The notes under the pieces: generated by a model
Told to the model about the DNA's origin: nothing
Database searches by the model: none
Seen by the model: only the letters and a program-made list of their open reading frames with translations
Made by a program: the position numbers and the translations under genes
In this document: piece by piece, positions 33,083 to 44,528 of the stretch
How the letters are laid out: each line of letters opens with the position of its first letter
How positions within the stretch are numbered: position 1 is the stretch's first letter
From: Candidatus Bathyarchaeia archaeon
GTDB lineage: Archaea; Thermoproteota; Bathyarchaeia; Bathyarchaeales; Bathycorpusculaceae
Length of the DNA: 64,000 bases
NCBI GenBank assembly: GCA_050010515.1
Contig: JBEKKX010000005.1
Span: forward strand, 14,698-78,697
Direction: 5' to 3'

Positions 33083-33211
33083 AGATAGTCACCCCTTGAA
33101 AAGTTAAAGTTTTCCTTGATTCTCGGGCAAAAATTCAATATGTGACTTGATACGGGGACAAATACTTTAATAAATCACGTGTGAACTTCACATAACGACG
33201 GAGCCTACAGA

Positions 33212-34492
33212 TTGATTCTCGATGACATACCGCAAGTTATTTATGCGCCTGTAAAAGTGTTCAAGAAAATAATTGAGAACCCAAAATACTTGGGCGCAAT
33301 AATAATACTGCTTCTTTTCATAGTCGTACAAATTGGATATGGCTATTCACAGATCTCGAAAACTTACATAGAAGATACATCGCCTACGATTGGTCATTTA
33401 TCAAACTACATCAATGCAACAGCAACATCATCAAATGGAACATTATGGAGCGCTGGTACTGGCACAGCCTTAAGCAACAATTATGCTGACTTCTACAACT
33501 ATAGTGTTTACATTCCAGCGATTGCAACTAACTATAGTTTATTTGGAAACAACAGCCTAGAAATTAACTCCACAAACACTAACAACGTTTCGGCTACCTT
33601 AAGCAACGCTTTCGATGTGAACTGCGGTGCTGGCGGCTTTGAAAACTTTTCAATGACACTAAAAATGGTGGAGCCTCAGGTTGCGCCTCAAAGTGCAGCC
33701 TTAACTCTCTACTCACCTAACGATTCAAACTATTACATATATGACTTAACTTCTTCCTTATCAAACACGACAGCAATTGGGTTATGGACCAACTTAACCA
33801 TTCCAGTTGGACCAGCTGCCCAAGGTTGGACTAGTGGCGGCACACCAAACTGGGGCAATGTGACAGCTCTAAAACTAGACTTTACATACCCAGCTAATTC
33901 CAACATAACCATACTTATTGGTGCCTTATTCTTCCATGGCCAATATCAAACGTTCATTCAAGCCTCTGGCACTGGGATCATAATCTCGTTCTTAGAGGCC
34001 TACTCTTTACAGTTCATTTTTACCTGGTTCATATTAACAGGGCTAATTTACATCTTCTTCAAATTGTCAAAAGCCAAAATCACTTGGAAACCTCTTTTTA
34101 TCGCTTTAGCTTTTGCTTTGTTTGTGATGGTTATTAGATCAATAATAAACCTTGTTGCGACATTTACCTTACCCACAGTTTATTATCCCTTTGACGTGTC
34201 GCTTGGGGTAACCTCTAATCCTTTTGGAGCTTTATATGTCCCTGCACAAGCAGCAGTCACCTTTACAGCGCAGTCTCAAGCCGTTCTCAAAAATATTATA
34301 GCAAAGACTTCAGTTTTCAACTTTGTAGTTGAAGCGATGTTTTTCATTTCTTACGTTTGGTTAGGTGCCTTATGCACAATAATTGTTGGAACACTCAAAC
34401 CAGAGTTTTCAATGATAAAGAAGATAGCGATTTCCGCTGTCAGCATAGCAGCTACGCTTTTGCTATTGCTTCTGCTGGTAGGTATTGTTTAA
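33212..34492 (+). CDS. Yip1-like membrane protein with a large extracellular domain
   Basis: N-terminal 'P.K.FK.I.ENP' plus TM helix, N/T-rich middle, several C-terminal TM helices. Confidence 0.65.
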   Translation: MILDDIPQVIYAPVKVFKKIIENPKYLGAIIILLLFIVVQIGYGYSQISKTYIEDTSPTIGHLSNYINATATSSNGTLWSAGTGTALSNNYADFYNYSVYIPAIATNYSLFGNNSLEINSTNTNNVSATLSNAFDVNCGAGGFENFSMTLKMVEPQVAPQSAALTLYSPNDSNYYIYDLTSSLSNTTAIGLWTNLTIPVGPAAQGWTSGGTPNWGNVTALKLDFTYPANSNITILIGALFFHGQYQTFIQASGTGIIISFLEAYSLQFIFTWFILTGLIYIFFKLSKAKITWKPLFIALAFALFVMVIRSIINLVATFTLPTVYYPFDVSLGVTSNPFGALYVPAQAAVTFTAQSQAVLKNIIAKTSVFNFVVEAMFFISYVWLGALCTIIVGTLKPEFSMIKKIAISAVSIAATLLLLLLLVGIV

Positions 34493-34638
34493 ACCAGTAC
34501 TAATGCGTCTAAAATCAACTTCCAGTTTTTTCCTTCCTACTCGCTGATGCAAACATAGCTAGGCAAGATTTATATGATTGAAACTCACTTTTGCAAGTGA
34601 AAACCCTCAGTAGGGAATCACAGTTTAGGTGACTTAAT

Positions 34639-34932
34639 GTGACAGCAATTAAAGATTTGCAGAATGGAATGAAACGGGTTAGCGTTGAAGCGAAAGTTGT
34701 TGAAAAAGGTGACCCCAGAGAAGTCAAATCACGTTTTAAAGATGAGACTTACAGGATAGTTGATGCTGTGGTTGCAGACGAGACAGGCAGTGTAAAACTG
34801 ACGTTGTGGAATGAGCAGATTGACCGGGTTAACGTTGGCGATAACATTAAAATTGACAACGGTTACGTGACCAGCTTCAAGGGTGAAATCCAGCTTAACG
34901 TTGGAAAATTTGGGCAATTAACTGTTTCATAA
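34639..34932 (+). CDS. ssb: Single-OB-fold single-stranded DNA-binding protein
   Basis: ADETGSVKLTLW, NGYV..FKG..QLNVGKFG. Confidence 0.88.
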   Translation: MTAIKDLQNGMKRVSVEAKVVEKGDPREVKSRFKDETYRIVDAVVADETGSVKLTLWNEQIDRVNVGDNIKIDNGYVTSFKGEIQLNVGKFGQLTVS

Positions 34933-35121
34933 AAGCCATTTACCCGTTGTCTATCACGCTTTTGGAATTGTCTTTTTAATTATATTTACTCTTTAACGAC
35001 GGCACTTGTAATTTTAGATGGTAATGCCCTTTTAGCCTGTTATGACAGCGTCATATATTGTAATTAAAGAGAAACAGCAAGCCCCTAAAATCCGTTTCAA
35101 AAAACTGTTTCAAAATAACAG

Positions 35122-35260
35122 CCTTCTACGGTTACTATCACGTTGAAGTGCCATCTCAAGGCAAGCCTTACGGAATGTTAAGCGTAAACGGTTACACTGG
35201 ACAAGTCTGGTACTACAACTGGCAAGGCAGCTTCATGCAACAAACACAAATATCATTAAA
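35122..35260 (+). pseudogene. C-terminal remnant of a conserved protein
   Basis: FYGYYHVEV...GKPYGMLSVNGYTGQVWYYNWQG with no upstream coding region. Confidence 0.45.
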
Positions 35261-35500
35261 CCAACACCTACACGTACACTCTATAGGATCTACTTTTTGT
35301 GAACAAAACCACCAACAAAAAGACCTGTCTTTCTAAATTTATTTTTAGATAGCTTATCTTTAAAAAAATAACGTGAATTTCTCTCCCCACTTAACTAAAT
35401 CCGAATTCAACACAGAGGGCTGAAAAATAAGCGACCTTTAAGAAAAAACTTATTAGTTCAATTGGTAGGGTCATTTCTTGTTAGTTTGTGGAGAAAAACA

Positions 35501-37456
35501 ATGAAGTTCCAACTTGTCGCGCCATTCCAAATCTCGTCAGGGCAAGAAAAAGCAGTTGACCAGATAGTTAAGAACTTTGTTACGAAAGATAAGCAGACGC
35601 TTCTAGGCTTGACGGGCAGCGGCAAAACTTTTGTGATGGCTAACGTCATCAATCGCCTGCAGAAACCAACCTTGATAATTTCGCATAACAAGATTTTGGC
35701 TGCTCAATTGTATGGCGAGTTGAAGTCGTTTTTTCCGAATAATCGCGTGGAGTACTTCATCAGCTTTTATGACTACTACCAGCCTGAATCTTACTTGCCC
35801 GCGCAGGACATGTACATTGAAAAAGACTCCGATGTGAATGAAGAAATAGAGAAAATGCGTATGCACGCCGTATCCAGCATTGTTAGCCGAAGCGACACCA
35901 TAATAGTCGCCAGCATAAGTTGCATTTACAGTCTTGGGAACCCAGACGACTTCAGAACCATGGCCATCGAATTAGAGGTTGGAAAACAAACTACAAGGCA
36001 AGAACTCATTCATGCACTAGTAGACATGCAGTACGAGCGGAATGATATGGTGCTTGAGCCAGGCAGGTTCCGCGTGCGGGGCGATGTGCTGGATGTTGTG
36101 CCATCTTACGAGAATGACATTCTTCGGATTGAACTTGCAGGAAATACAATCGGCAAAATCAAGGAAGTCCACCTGTTAACGGGAGATGTTAAAGGAACGC
36201 TTGATAAGCTTACGCTTTACCCTGCACGCCAGTATGTGGTTCCTGAAGAGAAGCATGCACTCGCGCTTGAGCATATCAAGCAAGAGTTGGAACTTAGGCT
36301 ACCCGATCTTCCTCCGCTTGAGGCGCAACGGCTCAAACAACGAACAAACTATGATTTAGAAATGATAAAGGAAATTGGTTTCTGCGCAGGAATGGAAAAT
36401 TACAGCAGACACTTCGACGGACGCAAACCCGGCGAACCGCCGTTCACGTTGATGGATTACTTTCCTAAAGATTACCTCTTGATTATTGACGAGAGCCACC
36501 AGACGATTCCTCAAGCACACGCCATGTACAACGGTGACTACTCAAGAAAAAAGAACCTCGTAGACTTCGGCTTCAGACTCCCCAGCGCCTTGGATAACAG
36601 GCCACTAAAGTTTGAGGAGTTTGAGCGGAAAATGGGCAAAACCCTCTTCGCCTCCGCAACCCCAGCCGAATACGAACTAGAAAAAAGTGGGCCACCAGTG
36701 GAATTAATCACCCGGCCAACTGGTCTTTTGGACCCTGAAGTGGAGCTTCACCCCATAGCTGGACAGATGCAGCATTTAATGGCGGAAGCAAATAAAACCA
36801 TCGAGCGAGGCGACCGCATCCTAATTACAACCCTGACAAAGCGGATGGCTGAAGACCTTGCGGATTATCTTGTTAAGGAAGGCTTCCGCGTCAGGTACAT
36901 GCACTCTGACATTGAAAGCTTAGACCGAATAGAGCTTGTGCGGCAACTACGAGTCGGCGAATTCGACATTCTAGTGGGCATAAACCTGCTGAGGGAGGGC
37001 TTAGACATTCCGGAGGTTGCAACAATTTTCATTTTAGACGCTGACAAGGAAGGTTTTCTGCGAGATGAGCGAAGCCTCATCCAAACCATCGGGCGAGCAG
37101 CAAGAAACGTCAACGGCAGAGTAATACTCTACGCTGACGTGGAAACAGCGTCAATTAAGCGAGCTATGGAAATCACCAAGCACAGGCGCTCCTTCCAGAG
37201 ACGCTTCAACCAAATCCACCACATTACTCCAAAGACAATAGTGAAGAGTGTCTCTTTGAAAGAGGGCACAATTAAAGGCACCAAACACTTGGCAAAATCA
37301 GACATAAAACGCCAGATGATTGAACTAGATGCGCAAATGAGGGAAGCCGCAGAAAAACTGGACTTTGAGCGAGCTATCGAGTTCAGAGATACGATTGCGG
37401 AGTTAAATAGGGCGTTGTCTAGGAAGATGGAAAGCGAACTTAAACCTGAAAAATGA
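35501..37456 (+). CDS. uvrB: Excinuclease ABC subunit B
   Basis: GLTGSGKT, YDYYQPE, DESH, GINLLREGLD. Confidence 0.97.
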   Translation: MKFQLVAPFQISSGQEKAVDQIVKNFVTKDKQTLLGLTGSGKTFVMANVINRLQKPTLIISHNKILAAQLYGELKSFFPNNRVEYFISFYDYYQPESYLPAQDMYIEKDSDVNEEIEKMRMHAVSSIVSRSDTIIVASISCIYSLGNPDDFRTMAIELEVGKQTTRQELIHALVDMQYERNDMVLEPGRFRVRGDVLDVVPSYENDILRIELAGNTIGKIKEVHLLTGDVKGTLDKLTLYPARQYVVPEEKHALALEHIKQELELRLPDLPPLEAQRLKQRTNYDLEMIKEIGFCAGMENYSRHFDGRKPGEPPFTLMDYFPKDYLLIIDESHQTIPQAHAMYNGDYSRKKNLVDFGFRLPSALDNRPLKFEEFERKMGKTLFASATPAEYELEKSGPPVELITRPTGLLDPEVELHPIAGQMQHLMAEANKTIERGDRILITTLTKRMAEDLADYLVKEGFRVRYMHSDIESLDRIELVRQLRVGEFDILVGINLLREGLDIPEVATIFILDADKEGFLRDERSLIQTIGRAARNVNGRVILYADVETASIKRAMEITKHRRSFQRRFNQIHHITPKTIVKSVSLKEGTIKGTKHLAKSDIKRQMIELDAQMREAAEKLDFERAIEFRDTIAELNRALSRKMESELKPEK

Positions 37457-37538
37457 GTGTTTAGGGCAAAAGGTTGAAATCTTTCATGATTAAACTGGTT
37501 ACAATTTACAGAAGCGGAGTAGGGAATTGGTTTACGTT

Positions 37539-40439
37539 ATGAGAGATACCATTTCAATCAGAGGCGCAAGAGAACACAACCTCAAAAATATAGATGTGGA
37601 CTTGCCAAGAAACAAGTTTATAGTGATCACTGGTCTCTCAGGCTCAGGAAAATCCACCCTTGCCTTCGACACTATTTATGCTGAAGGCCAAAGAAGATAT
37701 GTTGAAAGCCTCTCCGCTTATGCCAGGCAATTTCTCGGCTTAATGGATAAGCCTGATGTTGACTCGATTGAAGGGTTATCTCCAGCAATCTCCATCGAAC
37801 AGAGAAGCACCAGCAAAAACCCCCGTTCAACCGTTGGAACAGTTACCGAAATATACGATTACCTCAGGCTGCTTTATGCACGTATTGGCACGCATCATTG
37901 TCCAAAATGCGGCAGCTCAATTCATCCCCAAAGCCCCGAAAACATAACCAGCTTAATTATGGCTGAGAAAGAAAAAACACTCACTTTCCTAGCGCCAATA
38001 ATTCGGGGCATAAAGGGAACCCACGAGCAAGTTTTTGATGACCTCAAAAAACAAGGCTACACCAAAATCCGGGTTGACCAAAAAATTTACGATTCAGACT
38101 CAATCAAAGAAGAAGTTAAGCTTGTGCGTTATGAGAAGCACTGGATTGAAGCCGTTATTGACACGGTAAAAATGGTCGATGAGGAACGCTCACGTATTTC
38201 TGAAGCTGTGGAGCAGGCGCTTCAAGTCGGCAAAGGAACCATGATAGTCATCGACGCCAAAAAAGCTGACGAGGAAAAGAAGAAGGAGCTTGAACGCTTT
38301 GAAGATGAAACAATGTTCAGCACTTTTGGAGCCTGCCCTAACCATCCAGAAATAGTGTTTGAAAGCCTTGAGCCGCGCATGTTCTCGTTTAACTCGCCCT
38401 TTGGTGCTTGTCCAAGCTGCCACGGCTTAGGGGAAATCACAGAAATCTCTGAAGACCTAGTGATTCCAGATAAGAATCTCTCCATTATTGATGGAGCATT
38501 AGCTGTTTACGGCAGTATGGATCTTAGCTGGCGGGCTCAGCAGCTTGCGACGGTTGGCAAAAAACATGGATTCGACGTTTTTACTCCAATAAAGGATTTT
38601 ACGGAACAGCAACTGCATGTGCTCTTGCACGGCGACAGAGAACCCATAAATGGCCAATGGTCGAATGGGGCAAACATGTGGATGCGTGAAGGTTGGGAAG
38701 GCATAATCCCGCAAACAGCAAGGCTTTATCGTCAAACTGAAAGTGAATGGCGGAAAGAAGACATTGAAAAGCTCATGACCTCTAGACCCTGTAACGCGTG
38801 TAAAGGGAAAAAATTGCAGCCTGTAGTGCTTGCAGTAAAAATACTGGACAAAAGCATAATCGATGTAACTGACCTTTCAATTGAAGAAGCAGTTGACTTC
38901 TTTAGCAATCTGCCCATCCAGCTGAACGAGAAAGAATTAACCATTGCTAAGCAGGTGCTAAAGGAAATCAACGAGCGCTTAAGTTTTCTTAAGAATGTTG
39001 GTTTGGGCTACCTTTCGCTTTCCCGTGCGGCAAGAACACTCTCCGGCGGCGAAGCGCAAAGGATTCGTTTGGCTACGCAAATTGGTAGCAACTTGATGGG
39101 TGTACTCTATATTCTTGATGAACCCAGCATTGGTTTGCATCAAAGGGACAATGCTAAGCTCATAAGCACACTTCGCCGCTTACGTGATTTAGGTAATACG
39201 CTGATTGTTGTAGAGCATGATGAGGAAACAATACGCAATGCAGACTGCATTGTTGATATGGGACCTGGCGCAGGAGTCCATGGAGGACACGTTGTCGCAG
39301 AGGGCTCGCCAGCTGAAATCATGGCGAATAAGCGAAGCCTCACAGGCAAATACCTTTCTGGAGAATTAAAAATTGAAGTGCCCGCGGTAAGGCGAAAACC
39401 CGTTGGCTGCATCACCGTTAAGGGAGCAGAAGAAAACAACCTCAAACACCTCACCTTGCAGCTGCCGTTAGGTGTATTGTGTGGAGTTACTGGTGTTTCT
39501 GGTTCTGGCAAAAGTACGCTGATGAATTTGACCGTTATTCCTATGTTGCGGCAAATGTTCGGGGAACGGGTTGACAAAGTCGGTAAACACGAATCGATTG
39601 ATGTTCCAAACGTAGTCAGGAATGTTATAGTTATCGACCAGGATCCAATTGGCAGAACACCGAGAAGCAACCCTGCAACTTACACGAAACTTTTCGATGA
39701 GATTAGGCGCATTTTCGCTTCAACCAAAGAGGCAAAGGCGCGCGGTTACAAGGAAGGACGATTCAGTTTCAACGTGAAAGGCGGCAGATGTGAAACCTGC
39801 CAAGGCGACGGCGTCCTGCGCATAGAAATGAACTTCCTGCCTGCTGTTTACGTGCAATGTAGCGACTGCAAAGGCAAACGGTACAACAAGGAAACCTTAA
39901 GCGTTCTCTATAAGGGCAAGAACATTGCTGAAGTGTTGGATATGACTGTGGAGGAAGCGGCAAAGTTCTTTGAGAACACTCCAAGAATTTCACGCAAACT
40001 AACCACGCTGTTAGACGTTGGATTGGGATACATTAAACTTGGGCAAAGCTCAACTACCTTGTCAGGCGGAGAAAGCCAACGCATCAAAATCACCCGTGAA
40101 CTTAGCAAAAACAAGTCTGGGCATGTTGTTTACATGCTTGACGAACCAACCACGGGTCTGCATTTTGATGATACTAAACGGTTGATTAAAGTGTTAAATC
40201 GGCTTGTTGACAACGGCAACACCGTCTACATCATCGAACATAACTTAGACGTGATTAAAAGCTGCGATTACCTTGTCGATTTGGGTCCTGAAGGCGGAGC
40301 AGCTGGCGGCGAAGTGCTGGCGCAGGGAACACCCGAGGAAGTCGCGCAAAAGGTTGCGTCTTATACGGGTATGTTTTTGAAGAAAATACTTAACCGTCCG
40401 CAAGAAGAAATTAGTTTGGCAGTGAAACAGTCTGCATGA
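37539..40439 (+). CDS. uvrA: Excinuclease ABC subunit A
   Basis: GAREHNLKN, two ABC domains ([21 protein letters not shown]), zinc fingers. Confidence 0.97.
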   Translation: MRDTISIRGAREHNLKNIDVDLPRNKFIVITGLSGSGKSTLAFDTIYAEGQRRYVESLSAYARQFLGLMDKPDVDSIEGLSPAISIEQRSTSKNPRSTVGTVTEIYDYLRLLYARIGTHHCPKCGSSIHPQSPENITSLIMAEKEKTLTFLAPIIRGIKGTHEQVFDDLKKQGYTKIRVDQKIYDSDSIKEEVKLVRYEKHWIEAVIDTVKMVDEERSRISEAVEQALQVGKGTMIVIDAKKADEEKKKELERFEDETMFSTFGACPNHPEIVFESLEPRMFSFNSPFGACPSCHGLGEITEISEDLVIPDKNLSIIDGALAVYGSMDLSWRAQQLATVGKKHGFDVFTPIKDFTEQQLHVLLHGDREPINGQWSNGANMWMREGWEGIIPQTARLYRQTESEWRKEDIEKLMTSRPCNACKGKKLQPVVLAVKILDKSIIDVTDLSIEEAVDFFSNLPIQLNEKELTIAKQVLKEINERLSFLKNVGLGYLSLSRAARTLSGGEAQRIRLATQIGSNLMGVLYILDEPSIGLHQRDNAKLISTLRRLRDLGNTLIVVEHDEETIRNADCIVDMGPGAGVHGGHVVAEGSPAEIMANKRSLTGKYLSGELKIEVPAVRRKPVGCITVKGAEENNLKHLTLQLPLGVLCGVTGVSGSGKSTLMNLTVIPMLRQMFGERVDKVGKHESIDVPNVVRNVIVIDQDPIGRTPRSNPATYTKLFDEIRRIFASTKEAKARGYKEGRFSFNVKGGRCETCQGDGVLRIEMNFLPAVYVQCSDCKGKRYNKETLSVLYKGKNIAEVLDMTVEEAAKFFENTPRISRKLTTLLDVGLGYIKLGQSSTTLSGGESQRIKITRELSKNKSGHVVYMLDEPTTGLHFDDTKRLIKVLNRLVDNGNTVYIIEHNLDVIKSCDYLVDLGPEGGAAGGEVLAQGTPEEVAQKVASYTGMFLKKILNRPQEEISLAVKQSA

Positions 40440-42040
40440 TCCAAATAACATGCCCCTCGGACTTCAAAAGCTCAGATATGCCAACAAACCCTGGAGTTTA
40501 CCTATTCAAGAACGAGCAAGGCGAAATTCTATACATTGGCAAAGCCAAAAGCCTCCGCGCCCGTGTCAAAAGCTACTTTTCAAACACAGACCAACCAGCG
40601 AAAACACGGCAGCTAGTTTCAAGGATTAGAAATATCGACTGGATTATTGTTAACAATGAAGTTGAAGCTTTGCTTTTAGAAAACAAGCTGGTTAAGCAGC
40701 ACACGCCCAAGTATAATATTGACCTTAAGGATGCTAAAACTTTCGCTTACATCTCACTCACAAGAGAGCCCTATCCAAGTATACTTACCAGCCGCAAAGT
40801 GTCACGCAAACTCGAATCGTTTGGACCATACACTGAAGGGTTCACAAGGCAGGATCTTCAGCGCTTAGTAGTGCGAGTGTTTAAACTGCGCACATGCAAG
40901 ACCATGCATAAACGTGCATGCTTAAACTTTCACATTCGCCTGTGTACCGCGCCCTGCACCGGAAAAGTCACCGCTGAACAGTACGCGGAGCAGGTTAAGC
41001 AGGCGCGCTCTTTTCTGAACGGAAACTACCAGCAAACAATCGAACAACTCAAATCCCAAATGCAAGCCGCCTCTACAGAGAAGAAATACGAAGAAGCCCT
41101 TGAACTGCGCAACCAAATCGCTTCTATCCGCCTTTTGACGGAACACCAGATTGTGGACAACGAGAGGCGATTTGACCAGGACATTATGGCGTTTAAGCAG
41201 GTTGGCGAAAAAATGCTGGCGGTGCAGATGGGAGTGAGAAGAGGCGTGCTGCTTGGCAAAAAACAATTCAGCGTAGACCTTCAGCCTCAGATCGAACAAG
41301 AATTCTTAAAGGCTTACTACGCAACCAACCAGATACCGCGCGAGATATTGTTGAATAAGCCTTGTTGGCAGGGAACAGAAGAGAAAAAAGCCTTAGAAGA
41401 GTTCCTTTCAGCGAAAAGATGCGCGCCTGTTGCGTTGACGATTCCTAGGCGAGCCGATAAGCTTGCGCTTGTGCAGCTGGCGGAGAAAAACTTGGAATCC
41501 ACATTGGAAGTTGATAGTGCACTTGTTGATTTGCAGACTAAGCTTAATCTTCCAGTGTTGCCGCGTGTGATTGAATGTTTTGATGTTTCCAATTTGGGGC
41601 AGGAGCATGTGGTTTCAGGCATGGTAAGCTTTAGGGACGCGAAGCCTGACAAGAAGAACTACCGTAAATTCAAAATCAAAACTTTCATGGGACAGGATGA
41701 TTTCGCCGCCGTCAACGAGGTTGTCATGAGAAGGTATAAGCGTTTGGTAGAAGAAAAAAGCCAGCTGCCCGATTTAGTGGTGATTGACGGGGGACCGGGG
41801 CAGGTTAGCGCTGCAAAAACGGCGTTGCAAACGCTACGATTGCAAATTCCGCTTATTGGCTTGGCGAAGGAGCATGAGGAAATTTATTTGCCAGACGAGT
41901 CTGCGCCAAGAAACTTTGACAAGAACAGCAGAATGATGCTTTTGCTGAGGAGAATCCGTGACGCAGCCCATGAGTTCTCATTGGGCTACAACCTTAAGAG
42001 AAGGCAAATGAAGATTAGGGAAGAATTCAAGCAAGGCTAA
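40436..42040 (+). CDS. uvrC: Excinuclease ABC subunit C (no C-terminal HhH)
   Basis: GIY-YIG (GVY...YIGKA), UVR domain, RNase H-like ECFDVS, DDF and IDGG. Ends soon after RIRDAAH. Confidence 0.93.
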   Translation: MIQITCPSDFKSSDMPTNPGVYLFKNEQGEILYIGKAKSLRARVKSYFSNTDQPAKTRQLVSRIRNIDWIIVNNEVEALLLENKLVKQHTPKYNIDLKDAKTFAYISLTREPYPSILTSRKVSRKLESFGPYTEGFTRQDLQRLVVRVFKLRTCKTMHKRACLNFHIRLCTAPCTGKVTAEQYAEQVKQARSFLNGNYQQTIEQLKSQMQAASTEKKYEEALELRNQIASIRLLTEHQIVDNERRFDQDIMAFKQVGEKMLAVQMGVRRGVLLGKKQFSVDLQPQIEQEFLKAYYATNQIPREILLNKPCWQGTEEKKALEEFLSAKRCAPVALTIPRRADKLALVQLAEKNLESTLEVDSALVDLQTKLNLPVLPRVIECFDVSNLGQEHVVSGMVSFRDAKPDKKNYRKFKIKTFMGQDDFAAVNEVVMRRYKRLVEEKSQLPDLVVIDGGPGQVSAAKTALQTLRLQIPLIGLAKEHEEIYLPDESAPRNFDKNSRMMLLLRRIRDAAHEFSLGYNLKRRQMKIREEFKQG

Positions 42041-42147
42041 GCGCTGCATTCCACGTTCCCTTAAAAAGCACCTTTTTTCCTTCCAAGCATCCAATTATAT
42101 TAATTAATAACTTGAAATAGTTTATTTCCAATGGCGGGAGAAAAGCA

Positions 42148-42978
42148 TTGCTTGACATGGTTACATTGCTTCTGATGTCTGTAGCTGTTGGCCTCGTAGG
42201 TTCTCTTATAGGTCTGGGCGGCGCCAGCATTCTAACCCCTATCTTGGTTTTACTAGGCTTCCCCGTCAAGGAGGCAGTGGCATGCGGAATGGTGGCTATA
42301 ATCGCTACGTCCAGCGGTTCAGCCTCATCCTTCGTGAAAGACAGGATTACCAACATAAAAATCGCTATGTACCTTGAAATGTTCACCATCATCGGCGCCA
42401 TCGCGGGAGCAACAATCACTGTAATAATCGCGCCAGTTTTCCTCTATTTCCTATTCGCAGGTTTCCTACTTACTTCCTTCATTAACTTTAGAAGCTCATT
42501 CAAAGAAGTTTATACTCCGCCAGAGAAACAAGACAAAATTTCCAAACGGCTCGGCCTTGAAGGAAGCTACTTTGACAAAGCCAAAAATCAAGTAATAAAA
42601 TACAAAGCCACCAACTCTCTTCTGGGAGGATTAGGCATGTTTGTAGCTGGCATTGCCGCGGGGATGCTTGGGATAGGGGCGGGAGCTTTCAAAGTTATTG
42701 TTCACGAGAAAGTCCTAAAAATACCCTCAAAAGTATCCAGCGCTTCAAGCAGCTTCATCATAGGCATGACTGCACTGGCAGGCGTGAGCGTTTACCTTTT
42801 TTCAGGTCTTTTGAACCTAACCTTAATGGCGCCAATGGCTGTGGGCACAACAATAGGCGCAGTGGTTGGCGGAAGATTGTTAAATAGAATCCGCGACAGA
42901 AACCTCAGAATACTCTTCCTCGTCATAGTTACACTCTTAATTATTCAGATGTTATACAAAGGAGTGGCCACGCTATGA
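42148..42978 (+). CDS. TauE/SafE (TSUP) family transporter
   Basis: GSLIGLGG and GMLGIGAG repeats, multiple TM helices. Confidence 0.88.
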   Translation: MLDMVTLLLMSVAVGLVGSLIGLGGASILTPILVLLGFPVKEAVACGMVAIIATSSGSASSFVKDRITNIKIAMYLEMFTIIGAIAGATITVIIAPVFLYFLFAGFLLTSFINFRSSFKEVYTPPEKQDKISKRLGLEGSYFDKAKNQVIKYKATNSLLGGLGMFVAGIAAGMLGIGAGAFKVIVHEKVLKIPSKVSSASSSFIIGMTALAGVSVYLFSGLLNLTLMAPMAVGTTIGAVVGGRLLNRIRDRNLRILFLVIVTLLIIQMLYKGVATL

Positions 42979-43367
42979 CTTCTCAGGGCTTAGGCAGCGG
43001 CGAATCAAAACTAGAATCCATCATAAGCTACATTCTAATAATAGGCGTCGTCATCAGCGTACTGCTGGAAATTATCGGAATAGCCCTCTTCTATGAGGCT
43101 TACGGTAACCTGCAAGTTTCCCAAAGTAAGGCTGTGTTTATTACTGGACAGGATTTTTTCGCTTTCATATACAACCAAATCCAACACTTACTCGTATCAC
43201 AAAACGCCCTCTGGTTCATGACAATAGGGCTAATAATATTAATTTTAACCCCCTACATCCGAGCAATTACTTCTGTCGTCTATTTTGCATGGGAAAAGAA
43301 CCGCAATTACGTGTTGATAACGCTTTTTGTGCTCATAGTGTTGACAGTAAGTTTGGCACTACATTAA
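42975..43367 (+). CDS. DUF1634-like membrane protein
   Basis: IS.IL..GV, GL..LILTP.R; typical TSUP partner. Confidence 0.8.
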   Translation: MTSQGLGSGESKLESIISYILIIGVVISVLLEIIGIALFYEAYGNLQVSQSKAVFITGQDFFAFIYNQIQHLLVSQNALWFMTIGLIILILTPYIRAITSVVYFAWEKNRNYVLITLFVLIVLTVSLALH

Positions 43368-43395
43368 ACAGATAAGATTAACGTTGGATTATTAC

Positions 43396-43473
43396 TGGCG
43401 GGCCCGACGGGAATTGAACCCGCGACCTACGGATTAAGAGTCCGCCGCTCTAGCCTGACTGAGCCACGGGCCC
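43396..43473 (-). tRNA. tRNA-Lys(CTT)
   Basis: Acceptor GGGCCCG/CGGGCCC plus GCCA, anticodon arm GCGGA-CT CTT AA-TCCGT, T-loop GTTCAATTC. Confidence 0.96.
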
Positions 43474-43601
43474 GCATAAAGACTTCTTTTGAAAAAGGTT
43501 TCATTGAATAATATAGAGCTTACGGTTTGTTGTTGCTGCAGCGTGATGCAGTGAAAAATTAATAACAAAGCAGTCCTTTACCTTTGTAATGGAGCATTTT
43601 T

Positions 43602-44528
43602 ATGACAAACTCTTTGGGCGAAGTTTTCATTCTAAAAACTACAGATAGAGCAACAGGTGTCCCTGCATTGCTCAACAAGTTTGGCTTAGGTGATTATTCT
43701 GGGAAGCAGGTGGCTTTGAAGGCGAATTTTAACAGTGCTGACCCGTTTCCAGCATCAACCCACCTTGACACTTTAAGAGCCATAGTGCAAACCTTAAAAA
43801 ACGCTGGAGCGAGCGACGTAACGTTGGCTGAACGCAGCGGCATGGGCGACACCGAGCAGGTTCTGGAGAAAATGGGCGTTTTAGCTCTATCAAGGGAACT
43901 AGGGTTTAAGGCTGTTGTCTTAAATAACGTGGGCAAGGAAGACTGGCTTAAAGTTGAACGAGGAGGCACCCATTGGGCAAGAGGATTCTACATGGCGAAA
44001 GTATTCCATGACGCTGACAAAGTTGTCCAGACATGCTGCCTAAAAACGCACAGGTTCGGCGGCCACTTCACGCTTTCGCTAAAGAATTCCGTGGGTTTAG
44101 TGGCAAAAAAGGTTCCTGGCGGAATGTACGATTACATGTGGGAACTGCATACTTCACCCTATCAGCGGCAGATGATTGCGGAAATAAACAACAATTACAA
44201 CGTGGACTTTGTTTTAATGGATGGAATAAAAGCATTCACAACCGGCGGTCCTGACCGAGGCACGTTGGTTGAGCCTAACCTTTTGCTTGCAAGCCGGGAC
44301 CGAGTGGCCATAGACGCAGTCGGAGTAGCGATCCTCAAAATGTACGGAGCTAAAGGCAAAGTTGGCGAAGCAGACGTTTTCGAGCAAGCCCAGCTACGAC
44401 GCGCAGCAGAGCTGGGTTTCGGAGTGAAATCAGCCGCCGAAATACAGTTGACGCCTCTAAATGATGAAAGCAGAGTTGACGCAGAGCGGATAGAGCGGGT
44501 TCTTAAAGCGCAGGTTGCTACGCATTAA
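43602..44528 (+). CDS. DUF362 family protein
   Basis: V.LKAN, LKTH...FTLSLKN..G, MDG, D.VAID. Confidence 0.85.
   Translation: MTNSLGEVFILKTTDRATGVPALLNKFGLGDYSGKQVALKANFNSADPFPASTHLDTLRAIVQTLKNAGASDVTLAERSGMGDTEQVLEKMGVLALSRELGFKAVVLNNVGKEDWLKVERGGTHWARGFYMAKVFHDADKVVQTCCLKTHRFGGHFTLSLKNSVGLVAKKVPGGMYDYMWELHTSPYQRQMIAEINNNYNVDFVLMDGIKAFTTGGPDRGTLVEPNLLLASRDRVAIDAVGVAILKMYGAKGKVGEADVFEQAQLRRAAELGFGVKSAAEIQLTPLNDESRVDAERIERVLKAQVATH

Larger units (their letters stand above)
28488..33171. mobile_element. 4.68-kb tyrosine-recombinase integrative element
   Basis: Exact 14-bp direct repeats ACAAATACTTTAAT (28488-28501, 33158-33171), 11-bp subterminal inverted repeats AGTCACATATT (28516-28526, 33137-33147), an integrase and AT-rich cargo. 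Confidence 0.85.

Noticed and set aside
28488-33171. Casposon (14-bp target duplication plus inverted repeats)
   Set aside because: No Cas1 or PolB, the inverted repeats are subterminal, and the enzyme is a tyrosine recombinase.
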